Below, piece after piece: positions 18,415-28,039 of a DNA stretch of 64,000 nt. Where the stretch lies: the NCBI GenBank assembly GCA_048213135.1, contig PS015010.1, positions 496,001 through 560,000 on the forward strand, in the 5' to 3' direction. A program made the translations under genes and the position numbers. The first letter of the stretch is position 1. Every line of letters begins with the position of its first letter. Under the pieces are notes generated by a model. It was not told where the DNA came from and ran no database searches. It saw only the letters and a list, made by a program, of their open reading frames with translations. Source of the stretch: Reclinomonas americana ATCC 50394 (Eukaryota).

Positions 18415-19383
18415 ATGGGACTTTTCGATAAACTTTTTGGCAAGAAGCAGCAACAGGAAAGCCTGGAACAGGGCCTGCAAAAAACCCGGGAAGGCTTTTT
18501 CAGTAAGATCACCAAGGCTATTGCCGGTAAAAGCACGGTAGATACAGAAGTGCTCGACAACCTGGAAGATGCCCTGGTAAGCGCCGATGTGGGTATCGAA
18601 ACCACGGTTAAGATCATTGACCAGATCGAAAAACGGGTAGCCCGTGATAAATACCTCAACACATCCGAACTCAATAATATTCTTAAAGAAGAGATCGGGA
18701 ATATACTGGTAGCTACCCCGCAGGATACAAGTTACGAGAACTATGAACTACCCGCCGGTCATAAACCACACGTTATACTGGTAGTGGGCGTAAATGGCGT
18801 GGGTAAAACCACCACCATCGGTAAACTTGCCCATAATTTCTCCTCGGCAGGTAAATCCGTTTTGCTGGGCGCCGCCGACACGTTCCGTGCCGCAGCGGTA
18901 GACCAGCTCAGTATCTGGAGCGAACGCACCGGTGTGGACATCGTTAAAAAAGAAATGGGCAGTGACCCTGCCGCCGTTGCTTTTGATACCGTAAACAGCG
19001 GCGTGGCTAAAGGTGTGGATGTGATCCTGATCGATACCGCGGGCCGCCTGCACAATAAAGCCCACCTGATGGATGAACTCAGCAAGATCAAGCGGGTTAT
19101 CCAGAAAGTGATCCCCGATGCGCCACACGAAGTGATGCTGGTACTCGACGGCAGTACGGGTCAGAACGCACTGGAACAGGCGAAGCATTTTACTGCCGCT
19201 ACAGATGTATCCGCGTTAACCATTACCAAACTCGACGGTACAGCCAAAGGCGGTGTGGTACTCGCCATTGCCGACCAGTTTAAGATACCCGTTAAATTCA
19301 TTGGCGTGGGTGAAAAGGCTCAGGACCTGCTGGTATTTGACAAACAAGCTTTCGTGGACGGGCTGTTCTCGCTCAATGGCTGA
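18415..19383 (+). CDS. ftsY: Signal recognition particle receptor FtsY
   Basis: GVNGVGKTTT, DTFRAAA, DTAGR, TKLDGTAKGG. Confidence 0.98.
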   Translation: MGLFDKLFGKKQQQESLEQGLQKTREGFFSKITKAIAGKSTVDTEVLDNLEDALVSADVGIETTVKIIDQIEKRVARDKYLNTSELNNILKEEIGNILVATPQDTSYENYELPAGHKPHVILVVGVNGVGKTTTIGKLAHNFSSAGKSVLLGAADTFRAAAVDQLSIWSERTGVDIVKKEMGSDPAAVAFDTVNSGVAKGVDVILIDTAGRLHNKAHLMDELSKIKRVIQKVIPDAPHEVMLVLDGSTGQNALEQAKHFTAATDVSALTITKLDGTAKGGVVLAIADQFKIPVKFIGVGEKAQDLLVFDKQAFVDGLFSLNG

Positions 19384-19418
19384 TCTATTTCCGGGAATCA
19401 ATTCCAACTTTTATAAAC

Positions 19419-19446
19419 AGGGCTTTTTGTAAAGGCCCTTTTTTTA
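19419..19446 (+). terminator. Intrinsic terminator after ftsY
   Basis: AGGGCTTTT-TGT-AAAGGCCCT followed by a T tract. Confidence 0.8.
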
Positions 19447-19584
19447 TTACTATCCTCCCTTGTAAAAACAGGTGAAATAACGGGTGGTATTGCCGTGGCA
19501 TTTCCTTAGAATTGTATATATTTCCAAAAGACTGTCACCCTTTGAAATCAAAGACGGCAAATTCCCGGTACCTAAAACCTGATT

Positions 19585-20049
19585 ATGAAAAAAACAAAAC
19601 TGACTATCGATCTCGGTAATCTCGACCTGACCGATAAGCAAAAATCACAACTCCTCAACGCGGTACATAAAACCGTAAGTACGAAACTGCAATCTCAAAC
19701 AGCCATCAACGCAACCGCAGGCGGAACCACCGCTACCGCCACACGTGGAATTGGTTTAACTGCCACACCGCCACCACCGCCTGCCACGCAAACAAAGACA
19801 GTAACCGTTTCTGTGACCTTTAAAACCGTGGATGCCGGCCTGAGCGAACTGGAAGCTACCATTGGCAACCAGCAGCAAACGATTGACCAGAGCGGCGACC
19901 TTGTATTTAAGAATGTTAAAACACCGGCGGCTTTACTGATAAAAGGCAAAAGCCTGGGTACTACTACGGTTAATATCGATACGCCTGCCGATCCGCAGAC
20001 AAAGAGTTTTGTACCCGGAACATTCTTTTTTCTTTTCAAATTGTCATAA
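19585..20049 (+). CDS. Hypothetical protein (short N-terminal domain, Thr/Pro linker, beta-rich C-terminus)
   Basis: 154-aa ORF with A-rich start context; first gene of a co-directional trio. Confidence 0.75.
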   Translation: MKKTKLTIDLGNLDLTDKQKSQLLNAVHKTVSTKLQSQTAINATAGGTTATATRGIGLTATPPPPPATQTKTVTVSVTFKTVDAGLSELEATIGNQQQTIDQSGDLVFKNVKTPAALLIKGKSLGTTTVNIDTPADPQTKSFVPGTFFFLFKLS

Positions 20050-20066
20050 GCCAAAACCGCCACTTT

Positions 20067-21266
20067 ATGAAACGCCGCAGTGCAGTTGTTCTGTTTCTTC
20101 TCTTCTTTTTTATACAACAGGTGCAGGCACAGTCGCCTTCCACCAGGCTGGCCCTGGGCAAAGTATTGTCGGCCGATTCACTGGCCAGCGGTAACCTCAA
20201 GGACATTCTCATCAGTTTTTTCCAGTTGTCGTTCAACAACCTTACGGGGCCTAACAAGGAACTCAACTTCAGTTCCAATCCTTTCGCGCTGATGCTGAAG
20301 AACAACCCCGATCTGGCCATCGATCACAATTATAAAAAATACAAGCAACTCCGTAAACTGAACTTCGGGTTCAGCCTGCGGCTGGATACTTCCTATAAAT
20401 TCAACGGCTTTTCTTTCGGGTTGAAATATGCCATTATCAACCAGCGGGACTCTACCACCTCCAGCTGGCTTTTTAATGAACTGGGTAAGGACTCACTGAA
20501 CCGGGATCTTTCCAAATTATCAGACACGCTGTTCCGGTATATCAACACCCTCGATCTTTCGCAGCAGTCCAGCGTGAATTTTATGAACAATGCCAACCTG
20601 TTGCTGAATGACCGCACCACTTCCTTTAACTCGCTTGATACGGCATTCCAGCGCAGGATACGTTCCATCGCAAAAGCGATGAACCTGGTTAAACTGTCGT
20701 CATTGATTTCCAGTACCGCGGCCGTTAATATCCGGACGGAAGCCGACAAGGATTTTACCGATCTTAAAAAAGCGTTGCAGAAAAAGATATTGTGGACCGT
20801 TAACCTGAGCGACACGACTTATAAAGACCAGTTCGCGTTTTCCAACCTCGTGCTGGCCACGCAATTTTCCAAGGGTGTTTTCAAGCAGAAGCCGGGCTCC
20901 AATCTCGAACTGGATATCAAAGCCGCGCTGAATTTCCTGGATGATACATCAAGGGTGGGGCATGACCTTAAGCGTTGTGTGTTCAATTTCGATCCCGGGT
21001 TCAACTGGGTGATCAGGAACAAAAGCAATGAGCAATCCTGGCTGGAGATGAAGTTTGGCGGTACTTACCGGCACAATTTCAGCAGGCTTTACAGCAATGA
21101 GCAGCGTGACCAGGTTATGTTCAGCGGGACCTTCCGTTTACGGATCATCGCCGATATCTGGGTGCCTCTTGAGTTCAGGTATGATCCCAAAAGCGGCAAT
21201 GTATTCGGCTTCCTGAATGTACGGGCGAACTTCAGTACCCTGGGGAATGCGGCAAAGGGGAAATGA
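20067..21266 (+). CDS. Hypothetical secreted/outer-membrane protein
   Basis: Signal peptide MKRRSAVVLFLLFFFIQQVQA; alternating aromatic beta strands at both ends around a helical insert. Confidence 0.8.
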   Translation: MKRRSAVVLFLLFFFIQQVQAQSPSTRLALGKVLSADSLASGNLKDILISFFQLSFNNLTGPNKELNFSSNPFALMLKNNPDLAIDHNYKKYKQLRKLNFGFSLRLDTSYKFNGFSFGLKYAIINQRDSTTSSWLFNELGKDSLNRDLSKLSDTLFRYINTLDLSQQSSVNFMNNANLLLNDRTTSFNSLDTAFQRRIRSIAKAMNLVKLSSLISSTAAVNIRTEADKDFTDLKKALQKKILWTVNLSDTTYKDQFAFSNLVLATQFSKGVFKQKPGSNLELDIKAALNFLDDTSRVGHDLKRCVFNFDPGFNWVIRNKSNEQSWLEMKFGGTYRHNFSRLYSNEQRDQVMFSGTFRLRIIADIWVPLEFRYDPKSGNVFGFLNVRANFSTLGNAAKGK

Positions 21267-21321
21267 GCAGTAACAAAAACCTGACTATAGCTTTTCTTTT
21301 TTAATCCCTAAACTATCCATT

Positions 21322-22479
21322 ATGAAACGATTTCTTCAACGATGGCTGGGTGGCTTGTACAATTCCACGAAAACAGCCCCGGATCCCAATTCCATTCAGC
21401 CCCTTCTTGTAAGAGTAATAAGAGCCACCACGGTGATGACACTCTTGTTGTTCCTGGCCCTGCTGGTATTTTTTGGCTCCGACAGGTCCTTTGTCATTTT
21501 TACCGTGGCCATTGTTATGGGCGCTTATTTTATTTCAGGATGTGTACTGGGTTTTATTTTCGCCATACCCAAAAGCTTCCAGAACAGTGTACAGGTGGTT
21601 GAACCAGCCACGGATAAGGATGGCAAGCCTGTACCCAACAGCATTCGCGGAAAGGATGGTATGCGGTATAAAGACAATACCAGCCTGGAAGAAATATCCG
21701 ACTGGCTGACCAAGATCATCATCGGCTTAAGCCTGACGCAATTCAATCATTTGCAGGACATGGTTGATACCGCGGCAAGAAGTATACAATCGGGGCTTGC
21801 CAGCGCCGTTTGTAAAGACTGTACAAAAGTGAACCTGTACTCCTTCAGTTATGCGCTCATTATCCTGTACTCCCTCGCGGGTGCCTGTTGCGGTTATCTC
21901 TGGACGAGGATCGAGTTCCCGAAAATATTGAAACAAAAGGATGAGGATCTCGAACTGCAGCGGGTAACAGCCCAGCGCGACGAGATGATCAAGAGCCTCA
22001 ACAATCCTGATAACACAGCAGTTGAAACGTCAACACTTAAATCTGCCGGGCTGCAGGTAAACAGCGGCACAGCGGTTGAAATGATGAAGACCATCATTAA
22101 CAAAACGCCCAAGGGAGTAGTGCCTGATGACGCGGAAAAAGGAAGATGGGGCGGTGTTCCGGTACTCGATAATATGAAACTGAGCGCTGAGGTAATGCTT
22201 GCAGAGATACCAACACTGTTCAAGGTAAGATTGAAAGTATCCACTGTTGACGGAACTAAAATAAATTCTCCTGTTGGTATTATACTGCACGAATCATTCG
22301 AGCCCCAGTTGAGGGTGATCGATCCGGCTGAAAGTGATTCTGTTTACCTGGAAGTGATCGCTTACGAAGCCTTCACCGTTGGTGCATTGTGTAACGTGGA
22401 ATCGGATCAAAAGTATACCAGGCTTGAACTGGACCTGAATGATCTGCCTAATGCACCTCAGGGATTTAAATGGAGCTGA
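21322..22479 (+). CDS. Membrane protein with C-terminal prokaryotic YEATS-like (pYEATS) domain
   Basis: 3-4 TM segments with NTSLEEISDWLTKIIIG motif; C-terminal D.EKGRWGG...LHESF...AYEAFTVGA...LELDL. Confidence 0.75.
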   Translation: MKRFLQRWLGGLYNSTKTAPDPNSIQPLLVRVIRATTVMTLLLFLALLVFFGSDRSFVIFTVAIVMGAYFISGCVLGFIFAIPKSFQNSVQVVEPATDKDGKPVPNSIRGKDGMRYKDNTSLEEISDWLTKIIIGLSLTQFNHLQDMVDTAARSIQSGLASAVCKDCTKVNLYSFSYALIILYSLAGACCGYLWTRIEFPKILKQKDEDLELQRVTAQRDEMIKSLNNPDNTAVETSTLKSAGLQVNSGTAVEMMKTIINKTPKGVVPDDAEKGRWGGVPVLDNMKLSAEVMLAEIPTLFKVRLKVSTVDGTKINSPVGIILHESFEPQLRVIDPAESDSVYLEVIAYEAFTVGALCNVESDQKYTRLELDLNDLPNAPQGFKWS

Positions 22480-22500
22480 TAAAGCAGCAAGGAATTGAAG

Positions 22501-22530
22501 TAAAAGAAAAGCCCCTGTAGAAACAGGGGC
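22501..22530 (-). terminator. Minus-strand intrinsic terminator
   Basis: GCCCCTGT-AGAA-ACAGGGGC hairpin at 22511-22530; U tract on the minus strand only. Confidence 0.85.
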
Positions 22531-22582
22531 CGGTTACCAAAACTAACTGCTTATGAGAAAATTATCATTGTCTTAATTGACA
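22501..22582 (-). ncRNA. Candidate small RNA (~80 nt)
   Basis: Minus-strand -7-like box GATATTTG (22586-22593), no ORF longer than 5 codons, ends in a minus-strand-only terminator. Confidence 0.5.
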
Positions 22583-22615
22583 ACACAAATATCTGATGTT
22601 TTTACCGATGCCGCT

Positions 22616-22652
22616 GTTAAAGAAATGGTAATCCGGGTTAAAACAGCGTTAA
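22616..22652. promoter_or_regulatory. Four helically phased G(T/G)TAA repeats (candidate regulator site)
   Basis: Copies at 22616, 22627, 22637 and 22648 (spacing 11/10/11). Confidence 0.5.
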
Positions 22653-22704
22653 AACATTGATCTCTTTTGTGTATGCTGTTGTTAGTCAACAACTGTACCA
22701 AAAT

Positions 22705-22733
22705 AAAGCCTCCTGCTGTTAACAGGAGGCTTT
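22705..22733. terminator. Intrinsic terminator of the beta-barrel gene
   Basis: AAAGCCTCCTG...CAGGAGGCTTT hairpin. Confidence 0.85.
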
Positions 22734-22757
22734 TACATTTATGTGACAATACTGTGA

Positions 22758-25232
22758 TTAGTTACCACCAATACCGCCGCTGCTCTGCGTACGTTTGTTC
22801 TCCTCTTCAATAGAAGCTTTACGCTGGCGCGCTGCTTTTACCTGGCTGTTACCAAAGCGGTAGCTGAAGTTGATCTTGAACTGGCGGCTTTCCCAACGTC
22901 CGCTGGCGGTTGATACCTGGCCGCTGAAATCGCTGGTTCCCTGCCATTTCATGGTCCTGAAAATATCGCTCACGGAAGCTTTGATATTCGCTTTTCCTTT
23001 GAACAGGGTTTTCTGGATACCTCCGTCAACACTGTACATGGCTATGCTTTTGAAAGCGCCCTGCCATAAGGTGGGAGAGATATAAAAACCACTCAGCTCT
23101 GCAGTGAAACCCTTACCCAGTTTGAAACTGTTCTGCATGTAGAACTGCATAGCCCATACTTCCTGGTCAATCTTACGATCGCCACCACCGAAGTCAGCTT
23201 TGTAGTGGGAATAGTAGCCATTGATATTGGTAAAGAAGCTGTACCATTTGTATTGGAAAGGATAACTGATATTCATACTCACGATATCCTGTGACGCCAG
23301 GTTCTTCCTGGTAAGGAAGCTTTTGGATTTGTCAGTGGTATCCACCAGTTGGGTAAAGATATCTTTTACGTGGCTGTAGTTCAGCTGCGTAGTAAGTCTA
23401 TATTTATAAGTATGTGTAAAACCGAAGCTGTTGGTGTACTGTGGCCTCAGTTGCGTATTACCTTTCATATAAGAATAGTCATTCAGTTTGAACTCGAACG
23501 GATTCAGATCCTGGTAAGCAGGCCTGTCGATCCTGCGGCTGAAGGTCAGACCAAACTGGTTCATCGGGTTCTTGTTGAATGTGATGGCTGCGCTTGGGAA
23601 TACATCGGTATAGTTACGGCTGTTGGAAGAGTCGTAGTTCTTGTAACTGCCGCTGCCACTGTTCCATTGCAGGCCCGTTGATTTACCATCCGAATTGGTG
23701 TTTTCCACCCTTACACCCAACTGTACCATAAACCCTTTGAACTGGCGGTTATAGTTGGCGTATACCGCGTTGATATTCTCGTTGTATTTAAAACGGTTAC
23801 TTTTAGCGGAGTCATATTTCTCCGTGCTGCCGTAAACATCATAACGTTTGAAGTTATTATCGGTCGATACATAACCCAGTTTACCACCAAAGCCCAGGCG
23901 ACCTTTCAGGAAATTCTTCTCGTAATCCACTTTAAAAGAGTAAATGTCAATATCGGTGGGAGAGAGCATCCTGTATACATTGCTGAACAGCGGAACGGTA
24001 TTGCTGCCATCATAGTAGTAGTTTGGCTGGAACTGGTTGCTGTTGATGTTGAAATAACCATAGTCAGCGTCAATGTTCAGTTCAGTTCCGCCGGTTACCG
24101 CGTAACGGTAGTTGAGGTTGAAGTTAACATTGTCGCGTTTGGAATCATTGATATTGCTTGACCTCAATACTTTCACCGTGTTGTTGTTCTTATCGGTGAA
24201 ATACATCGGGCCATCGGTGTCCATATCACTTTCAGATACGTTACCGTTAATCACCATGCCAATGGTGTTCTTATTGTTGATGAAATAATCGAGGCCGGCC
24301 TTAAAGTTGTGGCTGTACTTATTATGCATCAGCATCCGGTTGTTTTGGTTGAAAGTGGTATCACCCTGTTTACGGTACAGGTTAAAGTTGTTCTCATTCA
24401 AACCGTGGTTGAAATTGTAGTTACCAAAGATGTTGGTCTTCTTACCGCGGTTGTTCAGCGACAAACCGGCGTTGTATTTACCATAAGTGCCGATCGCATA
24501 TCCTGCGTTCACACTTCCGTTGGTACCGAAAGATTTATTCTTCTTCAGCTTGATGTTGATGATGCCTGCATTACCCGCTGCCTCATATTTAGCGGAAGGG
24601 TTGGTGATGAGTTCAATGGCTTCAATCTGTGAAGACTGCATCGACTTCAGGTAATTGGCCAGGTCGGCGCCGCTGAGCGGACTGGGTTTACCGTCGATGT
24701 ACACCTGTACGCCATTCTTACCGGCAAGTGCCAGGTTATCATCTTTGTCGATCATTACACCCGGTGCTTTACGCAGCAGTTCCAGGGCGTCGTTGCCTAC
24801 AGCATTGATGGTACCTTCTACGTTAAGGATGGTCTTGTCGGCCTTTACCTCAACGATCGGTTTTTTGCTGGTAACGGTTACGGCCTGCAGGCTTTTGTCT
24901 GCCGGTTGCAGGGTGATTGTGGCCGCGGTGCTGGTAGCGCCCTCTTTTACCTCGATAACAGGCGAAGAGGTCATCTTCATGCTTACCACGCTGGTCATCA
25001 CAAAATAAGACCCTGGCTGAAGGCCGGAGATCTCGTAATGGCCTTTGGCGTCGGTAACGGCCGTTTTTACCATGGCCGAGTCCTTGGCCCTGTGCAGCAT
25101 TACGGTTGCGGAAGAAGCAGGTTTACCGGAATTATCCATAACCTGGCCGGAGATACCGGTCTTGTTTTGTGCAAATACGCTAACAAAAGACAATAATGTA
25201 GCGACTGCGAAAAGCAGTAGTTTTTGTTTCAT
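22758..25232 (-). CDS. TonB-dependent receptor-like outer-membrane beta-barrel protein
   Basis: Signal peptide, carboxypeptidase-regulatory-like N-domain, plug IELITNPSAKYEAAGNAGIINI, RRIDRPAYQDLNPF, FSYRFG terminus. Confidence 0.9.
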   Translation of the reverse strand: MKQKLLLFAVATLLSFVSVFAQNKTGISGQVMDNSGKPASSATVMLHRAKDSAMVKTAVTDAKGHYEISGLQPGSYFVMTSVVSMKMTSSPVIEVKEGATSTAATITLQPADKSLQAVTVTSKKPIVEVKADKTILNVEGTINAVGNDALELLRKAPGVMIDKDDNLALAGKNGVQVYIDGKPSPLSGADLANYLKSMQSSQIEAIELITNPSAKYEAAGNAGIINIKLKKNKSFGTNGSVNAGYAIGTYGKYNAGLSLNNRGKKTNIFGNYNFNHGLNENNFNLYRKQGDTTFNQNNRMLMHNKYSHNFKAGLDYFINNKNTIGMVINGNVSESDMDTDGPMYFTDKNNNTVKVLRSSNINDSKRDNVNFNLNYRYAVTGGTELNIDADYGYFNINSNQFQPNYYYDGSNTVPLFSNVYRMLSPTDIDIYSFKVDYEKNFLKGRLGFGGKLGYVSTDNNFKRYDVYGSTEKYDSAKSNRFKYNENINAVYANYNRQFKGFMVQLGVRVENTNSDGKSTGLQWNSGSGSYKNYDSSNSRNYTDVFPSAAITFNKNPMNQFGLTFSRRIDRPAYQDLNPFEFKLNDYSYMKGNTQLRPQYTNSFGFTHTYKYRLTTQLNYSHVKDIFTQLVDTTDKSKSFLTRKNLASQDIVSMNISYPFQYKWYSFFTNINGYYSHYKADFGGGDRKIDQEVWAMQFYMQNSFKLGKGFTAELSGFYISPTLWQGAFKSIAMYSVDGGIQKTLFKGKANIKASVSDIFRTMKWQGTSDFSGQVSTASGRWESRQFKINFSYRFGNSQVKAARQRKASIEEENKRTQSSGGIGGN

Positions 25233-25269
25233 GGCTATATACTTTATAATTTTTTCTAAAGTTGCGCAG

Positions 25270-25341
25270 CAAATTTACCACGCGATTTTTGTAATCCAAC
25301 AGTAAATTTTCATGAACCAGCCATTTTGATGGATGAATGGT
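25270..25341 (-). promoter_or_regulatory. Promoter (TAAATTTG) with upstream LytTR-type direct repeat
   Basis: -7 box at 25270-25277; ACCATTCATC-N11-CTGGTTCATG (21-nt period) at 25311-25341. Confidence 0.5.
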
Positions 25342-25404
25342 CATTAGTGTTGCAACACGATTTGGATGTCGGCTGGCAGGCGTTTTTGTTTCAAAAAAGG
25401 CCGG

Positions 25405-26046
25405 TTATTTTTTAAAATTCTTCAGTTCCTGCAGGAACTCCCTGGCCTTCACCACGTTCCTATATTCCGGGCCGGTATTCATGAGTGCCTTCAGCCATTT
25501 TTTGTCCATATTACGGGGTGAGATGTTCCAATAGAGCCACAGCGCCAACCCCGTGAAAAACAAGGTAATAGGAAAAGCTATGGCCTGGAACCGGGTATCG
25601 CCGGTCACCAGCTGGTGATTCCAGAAAAAAGTGCAGTAAAAAGGCATCTGCAGCCAGAGTATCCGGGTAATATTGATGGTAGACAGTTCCAGGGCGGCCA
25701 GTTTTTCCTGCGTGGTGGTGATTGTACCGGAATAATCCAGCCCTTTGATGAGTACAATATGGCGGATATAGGTGACTACCGCCAGCAGGTTGAACAGGAA
25801 AATCGCACCTACGGAAATGGTAAAATACCAGTTCTGCCCGTGGTTTCCATATACCAGCAATGCGAGGAAGGCCAGCCACAAGATGCCCAGCGCCACGGCC
25901 CATGATTTAAAGCGGGTAACACTGCTCAGTTGCGATTCGGTCTTTACCTGCTTCAGGTGATCCATCATAAACAGGTTGAACTGCTGGGTTTGCTCCAGTT
26001 GCTGTTGTTGTGTTTTCCATATTTGTGTTAAGGTAATATCGTCCAT
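25405..26046 (-). CDS. Four-TM membrane protein, probable anti-sigma factor
   Basis: Directly downstream of an ECF sigma gene; L.QIWK N-terminus and four hydrophobic helices. Confidence 0.7.
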   Translation of the reverse strand: MDDITLTQIWKTQQQQLEQTQQFNLFMMDHLKQVKTESQLSSVTRFKSWAVALGILWLAFLALLVYGNHGQNWYFTISVGAIFLFNLLAVVTYIRHIVLIKGLDYSGTITTTQEKLAALELSTINITRILWLQMPFYCTFFWNHQLVTGDTRFQAIAFPITLFFTGLALWLYWNISPRNMDKKWLKALMNTGPEYRNVVKAREFLQELKNFKK

Positions 26047-26057
26047 GGCTGTACTTT

Positions 26058-26549
26058 TTATGCGATTGATGAAAATTGTTGTTTTAGTTTTTCTTTGATG
26101 CGGCTGAGGCGGGTACCCACATTGGTCTCGCTGATGCCAAGTATGTCCGCGATCTCGCTGTAGGAGCGGCTTTCGAGGTATAGGATCATTAAAGCCTTAT
26201 CCAGTTCTTTCAGCTCACTGATGAACCGTTGGAGCAGCAGAATGTTGTTCTCCAGTTCGGGATTGGCAGCATCGTCCCTGATCTGTTCATGCGATTCCGT
26301 GAGTGATGACTGCTCCCTGTTATTCCTGTTTTTACGATAAAAAGAAATGGCTACGTTCAGCGCCACGCGGTACATCCATGTGGTGAAACGGAAACTGCTG
26401 TCGTATTTTTCTCCTGAACGCAGCAACTGGTAAATGATCTCCTGCGCCAGGTCGTCCCGCTCATGCGGGTTGCTGCAATAGGAATTACATACCTTGAAAA
26501 TGATTCCCTGGTTATCCCTTATCTGCTGCAGTAAAAGTTCCCTTTTCAT
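26058..26549 (-). CDS. ECF sigma-70 factor
   Basis: DLAQEI, FTTWMYRVALN, SYSEIADILGISETNVGTRLSR. Confidence 0.93.
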   Translation of the reverse strand: MKRELLLQQIRDNQGIIFKVCNSYCSNPHERDDLAQEIIYQLLRSGEKYDSSFRFTTWMYRVALNVAISFYRKNRNNREQSSLTESHEQIRDDAANPELENNILLLQRFISELKELDKALMILYLESRSYSEIADILGISETNVGTRLSRIKEKLKQQFSSIA

Positions 26550-26587
26550 GGTGTGTGATCCTTTCTAAGTAACGTCTTTTTATTCAT

Positions 26588-26615
26588 TATTCGCAAGAGG
26601 TGCGCACAAATCACA
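26588..26615 (-). promoter_or_regulatory. Possible autoregulatory ECF promoter (TGTGAT-N16-CGAATA)
   Basis: ECF-like -35/-10 layout upstream of the sigma gene; no TAnnTTTG box nearby on this strand. Confidence 0.4.
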
Positions 26616-26731
26616 AAACAGGGCGGTTTTTTTCTTTTAACACTGTAAAACCGCTTATCACTTAAGGCAATGACCTGCCCGTTGGCTTGCCTGCTTTTCC
26701 CTGAATTGGCATAACTTTGCCCGCAATTATC

Positions 26732-28039
26732 ATGAAGACAAAAACGCTACGAAAAGACAAGGTCAATATCATTACGCTGGGCTGCAGTAAGAATATGGTA
26801 GACAGCGAGGTACTCAGCGGTCAGTTGAAGGCCAATGAAATTGACGTAGTGCACGAGAACAGCAAAAGGGATCACAATATCGTGATCGTGAACACCTGCG
26901 GTTTTATTGAAAAAGCCAAGGAAGAAAGCATCAATACCATACTCGACCAGGTAGACCTGAAGAAGAAAGGCAAACTGGATAAAGTATATGTTACCGGCTG
27001 CCTGAGCGAACGGTATAAGAACAACCTGGAAGAAGAAATTCCGGAAGTGGATGCCTATTTCGGTACGATGGAGTTACCTGCCATCCTGAAACGTTTTGAC
27101 GCTGATTACAAAGCCGACCTTATTGGTGAGCGCCTGCTGTATACACCTGATCATTATGCCTACATGAAGATCAGCGAAGGCTGTAACCGTACCTGTTCTT
27201 TCTGCGCTATACCGCTCATGCGTGGCAAGCATGTGAGCCGTCCGATAGAATCACTGGTAGATGAAGCGAAACGCCTGGTTGATCGTGGTGTAAAAGAGGT
27301 GATGCTGATCGCACAGGAGCTGACCTACTACGGACTCGACATTTATAAAAAAAGGGAATTGCCCAAATTGCTGCATGCACTGGCCGATGTAAAAGGACTG
27401 GAATGGATACGACTGCATTACGCTTACCCGTCAAAATTCCCGATCGAGATCATCGACGCTATCAAAGAAAGAGAAAATATCTGCAATTACCTTGATATGC
27501 CCCTGCAGCATGCGGCCAACAATATGCTCAAAGCCATGAAGCGCCAGATCACCCGTGAGGAAATGGAAGATCTTGTTGCGGAGATCAGGGACCGCATTCC
27601 GGGTATTTGCCTGCGTACCACGCTGATAGCGGGTTTCCCGGGTGAGACAAGAGATGATGTGGAAGAGCTGAAAACCTTTTTGCAAAAAATGCGTTTCGAC
27701 CGTGTGGGCATTTTTACTTACAGCCACGAAGAAAGTACCAGCGCCTACGAACTGGAAGATAATATACCCGCCGAAGAAAAAGAGGAAAGGGCGCAGGAGA
27801 TCATGGAAGTGCAGCAGGAGATCAGCCTGGAGAAAAACCAGGAAAAAGTGGGGCAGACTTTCAAAGTACTGATCGATAAAAAAGAGGCTGGCCGCTACCT
27901 GGGCCGTACCGAATTCGACAGCGTGGAGGTAGATAACGAAGTGATCATTCAAAGTAAAAAAAGACTAACGCCGGGCGAGTTTGTAAACGTAAAGATCACG
28001 AAGGCGTATGACTATGATATTGAGGGGGAAGTGGTGTAA
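26732..28039 (+). CDS. rimO: Ribosomal protein S12 methylthiotransferase
   Basis: LGCSKNMVDSE, NTCGFI, radical-SAM CNRTCSFC, TRAM domain; TAACTTTG box at 26712-26719 supports the start at 26732. Confidence 0.96.
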   Translation: MKTKTLRKDKVNIITLGCSKNMVDSEVLSGQLKANEIDVVHENSKRDHNIVIVNTCGFIEKAKEESINTILDQVDLKKKGKLDKVYVTGCLSERYKNNLEEEIPEVDAYFGTMELPAILKRFDADYKADLIGERLLYTPDHYAYMKISEGCNRTCSFCAIPLMRGKHVSRPIESLVDEAKRLVDRGVKEVMLIAQELTYYGLDIYKKRELPKLLHALADVKGLEWIRLHYAYPSKFPIEIIDAIKERENICNYLDMPLQHAANNMLKAMKRQITREEMEDLVAEIRDRIPGICLRTTLIAGFPGETRDDVEELKTFLQKMRFDRVGIFTYSHEESTSAYELEDNIPAEEKEERAQEIMEVQQEISLEKNQEKVGQTFKVLIDKKEAGRYLGRTEFDSVEVDNEVIIQSKKRLTPGEFVNVKITKAYDYDIEGEVV

